Source of the DNA: Eledone cirrhosa
Taxonomy: Eukaryota
DNA length: 64,000 bases
Direction: 5' to 3'
NCBI GenBank assembly: GCA_964016885.1
Contig: OZ024740.1
Location: 78,802,001-78,866,000, forward strand
Shown: positions 42,001 through 53,714 of the stretch, one piece after another
Numbering within the stretch: position 1 is the stretch's first letter
Layout: every line of letters starts with the position of its first letter
Made by a program: the position numbers and the translations under genes
Notes under the pieces: model-generated
What the model saw: the letters and a program-made list of their open reading frames with translations, nothing else
Databases searched by the model: none
Told to the model about the DNA's origin: nothing

Positions 42001-42054
<54 letters not shown>

Positions 42055-42085
42055 GAAGTGGTTACACAACAGTTAGTTCACCATA

Positions 42086-42125
42086 CCGAGAACAATTGTT
42101 TCACCTTCGCGGATCTTCAGCTCGA
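42086..42125 (-). ncRNA. Minimal type I hammerhead ribozyme (left arm of palindrome)
   Basis: TCGAG-CTGAAGA-TCCGCGAAGGT-GAA-ACAATTGT-T-CTCGG. Confidence 0.75.
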
Positions 42126-42143
42126 GATGTATCATGATACATC

Positions 42144-42183
42144 CCGAGCTGAAGATCCGCGAAGGTGAAACAATTGTTCTCGG
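42144..42183 (+). ncRNA. Minimal type I hammerhead ribozyme (right arm of palindrome)
   Basis: CCGAG-CTGAAGA-TCCGCGAAGGT-GAA-ACAATTGT-T-CTCGG: perfect 5-bp stem I, palindromic stem III, very short stem II. Confidence 0.78.
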
Positions 42184-42265
42184 TATGGTCTGTAACCACT
42201 TCTACCTAACTCGTCCCTTGGACTGAGTGCTCTACCACTACAGATATTACCTTCCAGTGTTCCAC

Positions 42266-42300
<35 letters not shown>

Positions 42301-42829
42301 ATGAGTAGGATGTACAGCTGATCAAACACCTGAATGTTCATCAGATCCAATAGATTATCTCTTTTACAGATGTATATTAACTGGCCATATCTGGCTAGAA
42401 TTCTCTCACCTCTTTCTGTTCAAACTGGCCATAAGTGGCTGCTCATACTGATGTTAAGGGATTGTGCTCAACATAAATAACATCAAAATCTTATAGATTC
42501 AATATTATGAGATATTATGTTAGATAATGCTTTTACCACAAAAATATAATAATATATATAGAGTAATGTAAATGCTAAAGGGTTAATGTTAGTGGTGCAT
42601 GGCATAGCTATAAATATATATTTACCATCAGATTTCAATGGCAGTATTTCTTTGGTTAGCTATGTTGGATTGTTTTATATTGCTAGACTGTAATACTAGC
42701 AAAATTGAATTTCTCTGGCTGATACTATATATTATTTACATGTGTGGTGCAACAATTTAATTATATCTAATGGCATACTCCCAGATTACTGGAGTCTGTG
42801 AGAGTCAGGTGAAAAACCACATATATATC

Positions 42830-43000
42830 CAGGTCTGGATTAACTGTTAAGCAAAATAAGGCATGCTTAGGGCATCAAGGGAAGAGGGACACCATTATAT
42901 TCAAATTAGGTGTATTTGTCATCCCCCACCCAATTTTTTTTAGACTTTATATATGAGGAATTATAATCTTAGCGGCTCAAAAGGACTTAATCTGGCCCTG
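42830..43000. mobile_element. hAT-like MITE
   Basis: TIRs CAGGTCTGGATTAA / TTAATCTGGCCCTG; imperfect 8-bp flanks TATATATC / TAAATAGC. Confidence 0.55.
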
Positions 43001-44240
43001 TAAATAGCAGCTAGGGACCCTCCTGCAATCATCAAAAGTCACTACAAATGTTAAGCCTCAAAATCTCTCTTGATCTCTCATGTTGAGCTAGCTAAATATT
43101 AATTGCAAATCTCAATTCGAAAGATATGGATTTCTATCTTTTTTTTACTGTTTAGTCAGGGGGAGGATGAGCAGTGCCCATGACCTTTTTCAGGGCCTCC
43201 AAGGCAGGGTTGGAGAAAGGTATTCAAAACTGGGTGACATATTAAGTCTACCAGCCAAATAGACCATAGAGGGATTTCAATTCAGAATACAATATGTCTG
43301 ATGAGTTACTTGGTAGTATTACCAGGTAACTCATCAGACACTCTAATAATTCTGTCAATCCCCCTCAGTTTATTTTATCAACCTTGAAAAGATGAAAGGG
43401 AAAGTTTACCGTGACAGGATTTGAAGTAGAGTGCAGAAAGCCCGGACAAATACTGCAAGTCCACTTCATACGCATACCTCTTTTCTCACATTCCATATTG
43501 TGCACTAAACTTCCTCCCCTGAGCTGCAACATTCATGAATTCCTCCGTCCTCTCCCATATAATTCCTGCAGAAGTTAAAACTAAACACCAATTGCACTAA
43601 TCTTACTAGTCAAGTTGAGGGGAGGGTAAAAAAATGTCATGACCAGTGCCTCTTTGTTTTTCTACTCTTATCTACAAGTTTGTCTCAAACCAGAAGGCTC
43701 ATTAGGCCAGTCCTTATCTCAGTTTCATGGCATGAAATGACAGAGAGTACATGACTGCCCTCTGGACAGGATGCCATTCCATTGCAGGGTTAATTAAACC
43801 CCCCAGCTATTGTTGGTATTCATTTACAGCTGAGTATACTGGTGCAATGTGAAATAAAGTGTTATGCTCAAGAACACAACAGACAACCCAGCCCAGGAAC
43901 CAAACCCACAACATTATGATTGTAAGTCTGACACCCTTACCACTAGGCCACGTGCCTCCACTTTATATCTAGTCAATACAAAAATAGGCTTTGATTTTGG
44001 ATGTCTTTCATGAAATATTCTCTTTTGTTATGAGGATTAAAGGCAAAATTGAAATCTGTGGGATTTGAACTCAGAACATGGAAAGTCATAACTAAATATC
44101 ACAAAGCATTTCATCTGATGCTCTACCAATACTTTGTTGCAGCTCAGGGGAAAATGTTTAGTGCACAATATGGAATGTAAGAAAAGAGGTATATGTATGA
44201 AGTGGACTGAAGTGGAGAGATTTGTAATTTGCTAGTTTAA

Positions 44241-45691
44241 CCCTTTAGCATTCGCATTAATTTTCAAACATCATTGAAGGCGGTGGATTGGCAGTATCGG
44301 TGGAGGGTCGGACGCCATGCTTTCCAGCATAGTTACATCCTTTTACGATCTGAGTTCAAATCCCGCCGAGGTTGACTTTGCCTTTCATCCTTACGGGGTC
44401 GATAAAATAAAGTACCAGTAATGCACTGGTTAATTGCTGGCCATGTGCCTAAAGTAGAAACAATTAATTTTCAAACGTCATGCTTATCTGTTAGGATTGG
44501 CAGTATCGGTAGAGGGTCGGACACCATGCTTTGAAGCATAGAGTTACTTCTCTTTATGATCTGAGTTCAAATCCTGCCGAGGTTAACTTTGCCTTTCATC
44601 TTTACAGGATCGATAAAATAAAGTACCAGTAATACACTGGGATAATTGCTGGCCTTGTGCCAAAGGTAGAAACAATTATTTTGAGTTAATCATACTCAAG
44701 AGAGTTATCAATTTTATTTGTTTGTAATTTTCTTAATTTTCTCTGTGCAAACTTGAAATTTCGTCAGATGTTTAAATATCAATAATTTACAATTATATAA
44801 CTTTACCTGATATTTTTTAATCAAATTTGACTTTTATGGGCAGGTGAAATTAATTAATAGAGTCATTTGAAGTATCAACCAGGTGCAAATACTGGTTTCA
44901 TTTTAAATACGTTGTTTTCAGCATAATACTTATATAAGAGTCACTAAACCTTATATCAGTGTTCCAGTAATTCCACAGTCTTGGAAACATTTTTTATACC
45001 GAATATAATATTTAAGGTAAAAACTGCTTGCATTTCCACAGCATCTGTGGTCGCCATAACAGATCGGGTTTTCCTTGATTAGAAATCTGTTGTTGGGCAT
45101 ATCGATTACAACTTCGATGAAGTTTGTGGTAAAATCAAAAAGAAATAATCCAGTGCTTTAGCATCAGGAGCTAACGTGTGTTGTGGACCAGTAATTTGAA
45201 TAAAATCGGGAACATATATTGGTGTGGTATTTTTCAACCATGTTGCTGTAATATTTTCAATGGCGCCCTGGAGTTTCCTTGTTTTCACTTTCATAACAAC
45301 AATCATCATCGGACACAATTTCAGAAATATAAACAGCTGATTCATTTGAAGATACATCACTAATATTATCGTTTGTTTCTTGTTTATTCTGAATGTCGTT
45401 GTGTGTAAAACCTTCAAAGTCGGTATCGCTACTTTCATAAGCCATGTTGATACAAAAAAAAATTTGTTGCACTTTCAAAGTTAAAAAACACTTGTTGTTT
45501 TAAGTTGGTCCACTATATTAAGTGTTAATTTTCACGGTAAAGGCCTAATCTCGCAGCAGTCTTGAATTGACGAGATTTTGATGATGGTTTATTTATTTTT
45601 CGAATGATTTTTTAGTGTGGGTGTTTTGGGGCGATTTCGGGCGATTTGAACAAATGGAGAAATAATTTCGGGCGGTTTGAACACTAAAGGG
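44241..45691 (-). mobile_element. Internally deleted piggyBac transposon with transposase N-terminal remnant
   Basis: TTAA|CCCTTTAG...CTAAAGGG|TTAA; minus-strand remnant ~45445-45000: acidic MAYESSDTDFEGF..., then VPDFIQITGPQHTLAPDAKALDYFFLI. Confidence 0.78.
44275..44680 (+). mobile_element. Two adjacent tRNA-derived SINEs nested in the piggyBac
   Basis: Copies at 44275-44462 (19-bp TSD at 44256-44274 / 44463-44481) and 44494-44680. Confidence 0.85.
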
Positions 45692-45829
45692 TTAAAGGAG
45701 TATAACTAGTAGAAGCATCTGTGAGTTAGTGACTATAATAAGTTTGTGAATGAATTGTTACTAATCAGTTAATGTACATTCTTTAGATGTGATTGGGGGT
45801 GTTTGGGAATATATCAGCAATACCATCCA

Positions 45830-46380
45830 GGATATGGAAGCAGTACACCAAAGGATTTTTGTATTTGAAAAGCACTGGCATGGGAGGCTTGTAACAAACT
45901 AGACAAGATATGGTGCAGAATCATAAAAATTGAACTAATCCAAGCCTTAGTTGAACCAATTCTGATGTATGGAGCTGGACCTTGGAAATTAATAACTGTC
46001 CTAATGTTGGATGATACATGCACCAACCACCTTTTCAGAGCACAAAACAAACACTGGAAAGAGAGAGAGAGAGATTATGCCACCTTGCAACAAATATACA
46101 GAAAGCTGAAATCAATATCTAGGTATCTATGTCAGAAATTACTAAAGTTAGCTGGTCACTGTTATCAAGCAAACAGATCATTTTATCCCTTTTACTGTGG
46201 AGGCCAACAGAAAGAGTCTTCTCAAGAAAACTCACTTTTCTAGTTGTCATTGCATGTGACTCAGGTATTGCCATCAATGAACTTAGTTTCGATGAATGAT
46301 TGAGAGATGTGGAAGTCGACCGTACTGTGAATCCTGACTGGTTAAGATTGGTTGTTCAACCACATCAAAATGATGATGAA
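45830..46380 (+). mobile_element. Old RTE-like LINE 3' fragment
   Basis: Degraded ALVEPILMYGAGPW...LKLAGHCY motifs. Confidence 0.5.
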
Positions 46381-47997
46381 AAGTGCCAATTAAGTACTGT
46401 GGTTGACATAATAGACTTTTTCCTTCTTCCAAATTGCTGGGCTTCTGCCAGTGTTAGAAAACTTATTCGTACCATTTTTTAAAACCATTTGTCCTTAGTT
46501 TTTTGCATATTGTCAGTGTTAGAGCACTGGCCAAACAAATAGCCTTGTGCAGTTTATTGTAGCTCCTTGTATTCTGAGTTCAAATCCTGTTGTGTCAACT
46601 TTGTCCTCAATCTGATGTATAAATAAAGTAACGGTATAAGGCAGTAGACTGGTGGAATTATAAGAACGTAAGATGGGATGATTTGCAGTAGTTGTTCTGG
46701 TTCTTTGTGTTTGGAGTTGAAATTGTGATGTGACTTACTTGGTTGAGAGACTTAATCTATTTATTGCACAGTTTAATACCACTATATAATCTTTTGGTGC
46801 CTTTAGTTGAATTTACTCTGTTGCAATCATTTGAACCAACTTTCAAATTTGAGGATACTTTTCTCCCGCCTCCAGTCTCAGAAACTCCGAGGAAGGTCGT
46901 CAGTGCTTCTGCCCTTCCTTTAGACATAAGTAATAAAAAAAAAAGTATTCATATTCCTGGCTATTTTCGTCAATGCTAACTGCTAGAGCTGTGAAGTAGG
47001 AGTGTCACATGTTTTCAACCTGATAGACTAAGGTTAGCAAAACAATGTTCTTGTGTAGCCGTAGTATGCATGCTTACAGCAGGGTTGAAATCATAACCTT
47101 GTTGGCAATACACCAGAGCTTCAATTCTTGAACAAGTAAAAGAAATTTTGTCTAAGTCAGCTCTGTAGATTTGTTTTTACATGTTTTTAAGACTACTCTA
47201 ATATGAGCCTTATACCTTTTGTTAGTTTTTAATAAGAGCTGTTTAAATGTGACATTTAACTTAGGACGACAGAAGAGTTGTTCTGTAAGAGCATAATGGT
47301 AATTCTTTGCTGAGTTATTAAGTGTGGAGTTAGACAGGAAAAGGTTAGCAAAGAAATTATCTTTAGGGAAAGATATTTGATAATAATTATTGAAAAGGAA
47401 AGGACTTGAGAAATGAAGATCAGCAACCATTAGGATTGAACTTTTTTTTTTACTGTTTAGTCAGGGAGGTAGGGGCAGTGGCCATGACCCCTTTCAGAGT
47501 CTCTGAGTCTGGTGAATGGGAGAGAGGAAGGCTTTCTCTAATTGGAGACTAAGTCTGAATGCTTGTAACAGTGTGGATTCTGCTAAAGGTGCCCAAGGTT
47601 GTGATGTTAAACTAGGCAATAGTTGAAGTTTATTACATGTCTATTAACAAGAACCTTGTGATGGTGGTGTTAAAACCTAGTGAGGGATTAAGTTTACCAC
47701 CAAACTATTATGGACTGGGTCAGTATTTATCAAATATACATTCCAAATCTCACAACTTCCATAATGGGGTATAGTTTTTTTTTCTTTTCTTATTTGTAAA
47801 TTAAATACTTATTTGTGAATAAATGTGCAAGGAACATTGTTGTGAGGAGGAAACTCCCAGAAAGATAAGAACTGTTTGATCTTGAGAACATTACATTTTG
47901 GAAAAAAGAACATTGTTGTAGCTTTTAGTATTTTCTTTCTTTCCTTATTTGGATTTTGGCACTGCAGTTCTGAGTTGTAGCTTAGAGCTTGTACGTA

Positions 47998-48004
47998 TAA
48001 TGTG

Positions 48005-48041
<37 letters not shown>

Positions 48042-48342
48042 AGATAAGTATATATATGTATATGTATGTGTGTGTGTGTAGATAAGTATATATATGTATG
48101 TGTGTGTGTGTGTAGATAAGTATATATATATATGTATGTGTGTGTAGATATATATATATGTGTGTGTGTGTAGATATATATATATATGTGTGTGTGTGTG
48201 TGTAGATATATATATGTATGTGTGTGTATATATGTATGTGTGTGTGTAGATATATAGTATATGTATATGTTTGTATTTGTATATATGTGTATGTGTATGT
48301 ATGTGTATATATGTATATGTATGCATATTTATATGTATATAT
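47998..48342. repeat. Compound (TA)n/(TG)n/TAGA microsatellite
   Basis: Seen directly. Confidence 0.9.
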
Positions 48343-48964
48343 AGGAGAGGGAGGTGGAGGAGTGACATGCAATAAATGGAGGAATAGATAAGTAAATGTT
48401 AAATAATTATAATAATAAGATAGTTGGTTGGGATGAGTAAATAATGAGAGAGTGTAATCATGTGATAGCTAGTATTAATCAGGAGAAGGAGGAGGTGGTA
48501 GTGGCGGCAGTGTTGGCTGGGGTGGAGAGGCTGGTCTGGTAATTTCTCAGGCTTGGCAAAGCAGCAAGAAATAATACATTAAAGCCAACACCAGACATTA
48601 TTATTATTATTTACTACTACTATTACTACAGATTCATCAACAGGAATATAACTTTTGCTAAAGTGTAAAGATGCTGGTAACATTGCATCACGTAGCTTTT
48701 TTTCAAAAACAAACAAAATGTTTGGTCTATCAAGTTTTTTTGTAGCTCAGTACTTTGGTTAATGTTAACTTAAAGAGGTTAATTTTGTTGATTCAAAAGC
48801 ATAAAAAGAATTATGAATGAAAAAACAAATTTCTCTATGTATAAGTGTGTTAAAAAACGATTTTAATGATACTAAGTCCTATACTTGCTGTTTCTTTTGT
48901 CCACACTTTGGGTTAGATTGGTTTGGTTCAACAGAGATGATGTAGGGTAGTGAGTACCTTTTAA

Positions 48965-49182
48965 CCCTTTAGCATTCACATTACTCTATATATACTATTG
49001 TATTTTTACGGTAAAGGCTTTATCTCACAATTATCTCACATAATATTGAATCTACGAGATTTTGATATCATTTATTTTGGAACAATACCTTAACATCAGT
49101 ATGAGTAGCCAGTTACAGCTGGTTTGAACAGAAAGATGAGAGAAAATTCTGGCTGGATATGGCCGGTTTAAATGCTAAAGGG
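48965..49182. mobile_element. piggyBac-type MITE
   Basis: 12-bp TIR CCCTTTAGCATT with TTAA on both sides; same end as the 44241 element; partial copy at ~42375-42582. Confidence 0.8.
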
Positions 49183-50369
49183 TTAATCTTGCACATCCCA
49201 AGTTAAATTCACTTGTGCTGTACCACAATAAAATACACCCAGTACAGTCTTTAAAGCAGTTGCTGAATGACTAAAGATAACATTGGGTTGAGAAGACACT
49301 TTAATAATGTAGATAACACAATGACTTCCCTAGTGCTGGTGCCACAATAAAATACACCAGTACACTCTGTAAAGCAGATGTGGCTAAATTGTGACCATGT
49401 AGAGATGAGACAACCATATATTTCTGCTGAAGATATAACAATCTCTCCAGTTCTGATGTCACAATATTTTACACCCTCTACACTCTTTACAAGGTTGGTG
49501 CTAGGAAGAACATCCAGCCATAGAAACCTTGCAAAACAAAGAGTTGAAAGGATACTTCAGCTATATCAAGGACATGTCAACTTCCTTAGTGTAGGTGTCA
49601 TGACAAAATGCACCTAGTACTTCCAATAAAATGGATGAGCAGTGACGAGGTTCTTCAGTGAATCTAGTCTCCAACCGTGACAACCTGTTCAATCCATGTC
49701 AGCAAAGAAAGCAGATGTAAAGAAGATAATGATAAGTAATACAACTGCTGTATTGTGTAAGGATATGATATTCTTTAGCAGGAAATATATTGGCTGTGTA
49801 ATTAAGAAGTTCACTATACAATCACATAGTTTCTGTTTTGATCCCATTCTCTGGCACATTGGCAAGTGTTTCTACTATAACCTAGAGCTGACCAATGCTT
49901 TGTAAATGAAATTTGGCAGACAGAAACTATATGGAAGTCCTACATATATTGTCATCATCATTTTAATCTATATATCCATGCTGACATAGGTTGGATAGGT
50001 CTTTTTCAAACAGTTTTAATGGCTAGATACTCCTTCTGATGCCAACTGTTGTCATTGTTGTCGTCAACACTATCATTATGATCATTCTCATCAGGTTCTT
50101 TTACTCTCTACATTTATATTATTATTACAATAACAGGCTATACTTTTCAATATATAGTACTGTATAATGAATATAGTTCTGTATAAGAAATACAGTAATT
50201 TGTTCCAGAACTTTGAAAATACTTGACTAAGGTTTTTTTAATATTTTATTTTACCGTATTTCAAAGAAATATTAAAGATAGTAAAAATATGTTTACTATT
50301 CAACAGTTTATTAGAATTGAAACATTATAGTTTACTATAATGTATTATACATAATAAAGAAGGACAAAT

Positions 50370-51060
50370 AATATATTTTTACAAATAAACCTGATGTAGT
50401 GGAGTCATGAGTAGGTTGTCAGAGAAGGTAGGTAGACTTCATATGTGGCAGGTGCACAGTAGTAGTCAGCAGTAAGAGTATTTGTGAAATAGGCTTGCAA
50501 GAAGTATTGGAAAATTTTTGCTATCTGGGTGACTTATTTTTTCTTAGCAGTGGAGGTGGATGCACTGAACATTTTGTAGCCAGAGTGAGAACAGGGTGGA
50601 AGATATTCAAGAAGCTGTTACCTCTGCTGGCTACAAAGTGCTTCTTAGAATGAAGGTAGATTATACGAGGCTTGTATTTGAACTGCAATGCTGTATAGTG
50701 ATATGTGGGCCTTGAATGCAGATTTGCAATGGCTATGCTTTGCTGGATGTGTAATGTTAGTGTATGTGAATGACAGAGCCAAAGTGAGCTGAAAGAAAAG
50801 CTGAGAATAGAAGAATTGAATGCAGCATGCAAAAGAGACAATTGTATTGGTAGTCATGTGATGTGGCATAAGGAGAGTGCAAGTTGTATAAAGAAGTGTT
50901 GGAATTCGATGAGACTTGTGGAAGAAGGAGACCAAGGAAGGTATGGGATGAAGTTGCGAACAATGACCTCAAGAAACTGAACCTCACAAAGAAAATGACA
51001 CAGAATCAATCTGACTGGCGGTATGCCATAATACAAAAGTTCCATCCACAAGCACTGCAA
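50370..51060 (+). mobile_element. Old degraded RTE 3' fragment
   Basis: YLGD, SGGGC, VARVRTGWK and RRRPRKVWDEV remnants. Confidence 0.75.
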
Positions 51061-51169
51061 CACCAAAAGTAAACATGGAGGCGACAGTGTTGGTGATCAA
51101 ATAGAAATAATAAAGGATTTGAGAGGACTATTCAGCCTGGACAAGTATTTAACAACCTCTGTTCTGCTC

Positions 51170-51600
51170 GTACCATGGGAAAATGCACTCACTACACTCT
51201 GCAAAGTGTTGGTGCCATGAGAAATCATGCTAAGTACTCTCTGTAAAGTGGTAATACTGGTGCCATGAAAAATTGCACTCAGGACACTCTATAAGGTAGT
51301 TGCTATTAGCAAGGGCATCCAGCCATAGAAACTCATCCACTATAAAGTGGTTGTGTTGGTATCATGGCAAAAAGAACCTAGTCCACACTGTAAAGTGGTC
51401 ATGCTGGTGTCATGACAAAAAGCTCTCAGTCCACACTATGTGGTTGGTGTTGGGAAGGGCATCCAGTCATAGAAATCATACCAGAAACAGTTCTTGTATA
51501 AGTAAGTCACATTCATCTGATCTGACTTGTCTCAATGGGACAACTGATCCAACACATGCTAGCGTGGAAAATGGATGGTAAATGGTGATGTTGATGATGA
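51170..51600 (+). mobile_element. RTE 3'-UTR-related repeat array
   Basis: Multiple ACACTGTAAAGTGG...CCATGA-type units, GGAAGGGCATCCAG core, GAT-type tail. Confidence 0.6.
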
Positions 51601-53714
51601 ACATAATGTCGCTCTGATTTGTGTCTCGATCTTTGATAACCTGTCCAACCTATTTCAGTATGCAACTTCTCGAGTCATCCCTCCATCGAAGGTGAAGTAT
51701 TCATTTTTCTTTTTCTAATGGTTAGAATATATTTAGCTTGCCACACCTGCATCCTTATTGATTTCTCTGCTAACTGGAGCAGTTGTACCAACCCCTTGTC
51801 GAATTAATAGTCAGTCATCTTCGAAGCCACTGGTGTTCACAAGGCTGAGGTCATCTAATTAAACTGATGATCGCCGCATGGGCTATTGCTTATTATGAGA
51901 CAAGCAGGAATTTTATTGAGGCTTACTCCTCTAGATCTGACCTGTTCTGCTAGACTATACTATGATAGCCATATCAGAGGCATCTCATGTAGGATGTGGC
52001 TTTTCACCACAAAGGTCGGTATTCGAACTGAGAGAAGCTAAGTGCTCAGCTTGAATGAGAACATATTGTACATCATAAATTCACTGAGTGGCATGTTGAA
52101 CAGACACTGGGGCCACAAAAGACCACCCAGTACCAACCAGTGAAAGCTACTACAGCTCTGCACTCTCTTAAATTAACATATACATATGTACACACTATTG
52201 GATGGCCATTGACTCGCATGAGTTCCTCTGTCCTTTGTGATGTTTTGTTTTTCATGCTGTTTTTCATACTTTATTATCACAATATTCTTCTCTTTTTTAT
52301 AGCTCCTAATTTATCATTTAGAGATAACACTTTCAACTTCTTCTTGACACCAGATCTTTTCTCATCAGTCTATTTTATCCATTGTCGTTTAGGTTAGATT
52401 ACATATTGTATTTTGGTGTATATTACTGTGTTAAGTGAAGTAAGACTGTCTCCCTTTATATAAGAGACATTCGCATAAATACAGACAAGGTGGGTAGTTA
52501 TATTTCAGCTAACTAGCAGGTAACAGTTGTTGCTGTATATATTGCTTTGATTTATTTTGTATACATATACTGTGTTGTTTTGAGATTTGGTGTCAATATA
52601 TATTCTCAAATTTACATTGTTCAAAGCAATGTTAACAGAAATTTCAAAAGGATAAATTGACATCTGTTGATTTCATTGATGAGTGATTCTAGTTATGTGG
52701 TCCATGAAATGATCTACTTGTTAAATTAATATGTGGCTTAGTATTCCATAGTCATATAATTCTCATAGAAAGCCAGCATTATGCTATATGAACCTTTAAA
52801 TTACAGGTACAGTCCATCCAATTGGCTTCCACACAGTTTCTGTGCTGTGAGTACTAATGATAGCGATAGTAGAGGATTGAATATGGAAAAATTGAATGCT
52901 CTTGCCTGTTACTTAGTCAATGTACTAGTGGATAGGATTAAGAGAAAATAGGTAAACTAGTGAATGGAAACTTAAGAGAAGTATGTTGGGCAAGAGGCTC
53001 AATGATATATTATATATCCCATCCCCCTTCCACCAGCAGCACTTTTTTATCATTGAGTAAAATAGCCTTTGTTATATACACACACACATACATATATGTA
53101 TACATATATATATATATATATATATATAACAAAACAAAACAAATCGCTCTTATATATTCTTTTAAATATATTTTGTTAAACTTGCTAAGTTTTACGCAAA
53201 ACTTCGAGTGCTTATTTAAACTCTTAACCTCTCTGCTCCATCCCATCTTCTACCCCCCACCCATACATCATGCTGGTTCCTGCTCCCCCCCCCTTCCTCT
53301 CTATACATATAAGATAAACCCTACCAAAATTAATCAAAATCGCCAACTCGCTATTCTGGTATGGCTGTTTCCTCGGTATAATGTAACGTTCAAATATATT
53401 TTTCTCTATTCTTCTCTCCATTCTAATCCATTAGTCCATTCACCATTCTATATCATATTTTTTCTCTAAAATCATATTTTCTCTATCATCGCATTTTCTC
53501 TATCGTATTTTCTTAAACAAAACAAATCTTGTATTTTCGTTTATTGTTAAATTATGCCCAAAATACGGGGATCTTATCTTAAACCTTACCTTCTCGCTAA
53601 CTACCCAAAACCTTACCTTCTCGCTAACTACCCAACATCCCTCCCTCCCTCCCCCACGCACCACCATTATTACGTGGACCAATCATAAGTCAGAGGCCCA
53701 TACTATCGCTTAAC

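Larger units (their letters stand above)
40262..42003 (+). mobile_element. Non-coding HHR-bearing unit (~640 bp) with ~68-bp terminal redundancy, interrupted by an RTE
   Basis: 40262-40329 is repeated at 41936-42003; (TA)n on both flanks; HHR at 40631-40711. Confidence 0.65.

Noticed and set aside
46860-47760. Possible CR1/Jockey-like LINE fragments and an A-tailed repeat end (CCCTGACTAAACAGTAAAA, also at ~23700, 43150 and 63130)
   Set aside because: Probably real old repeats, but too degraded to delimit or classify by eye
47809-48372. His/Thr/Tyr/Ile-rich ORFs (also 36118-36525 and 532-859)
   Set aside because: Translations of microsatellites
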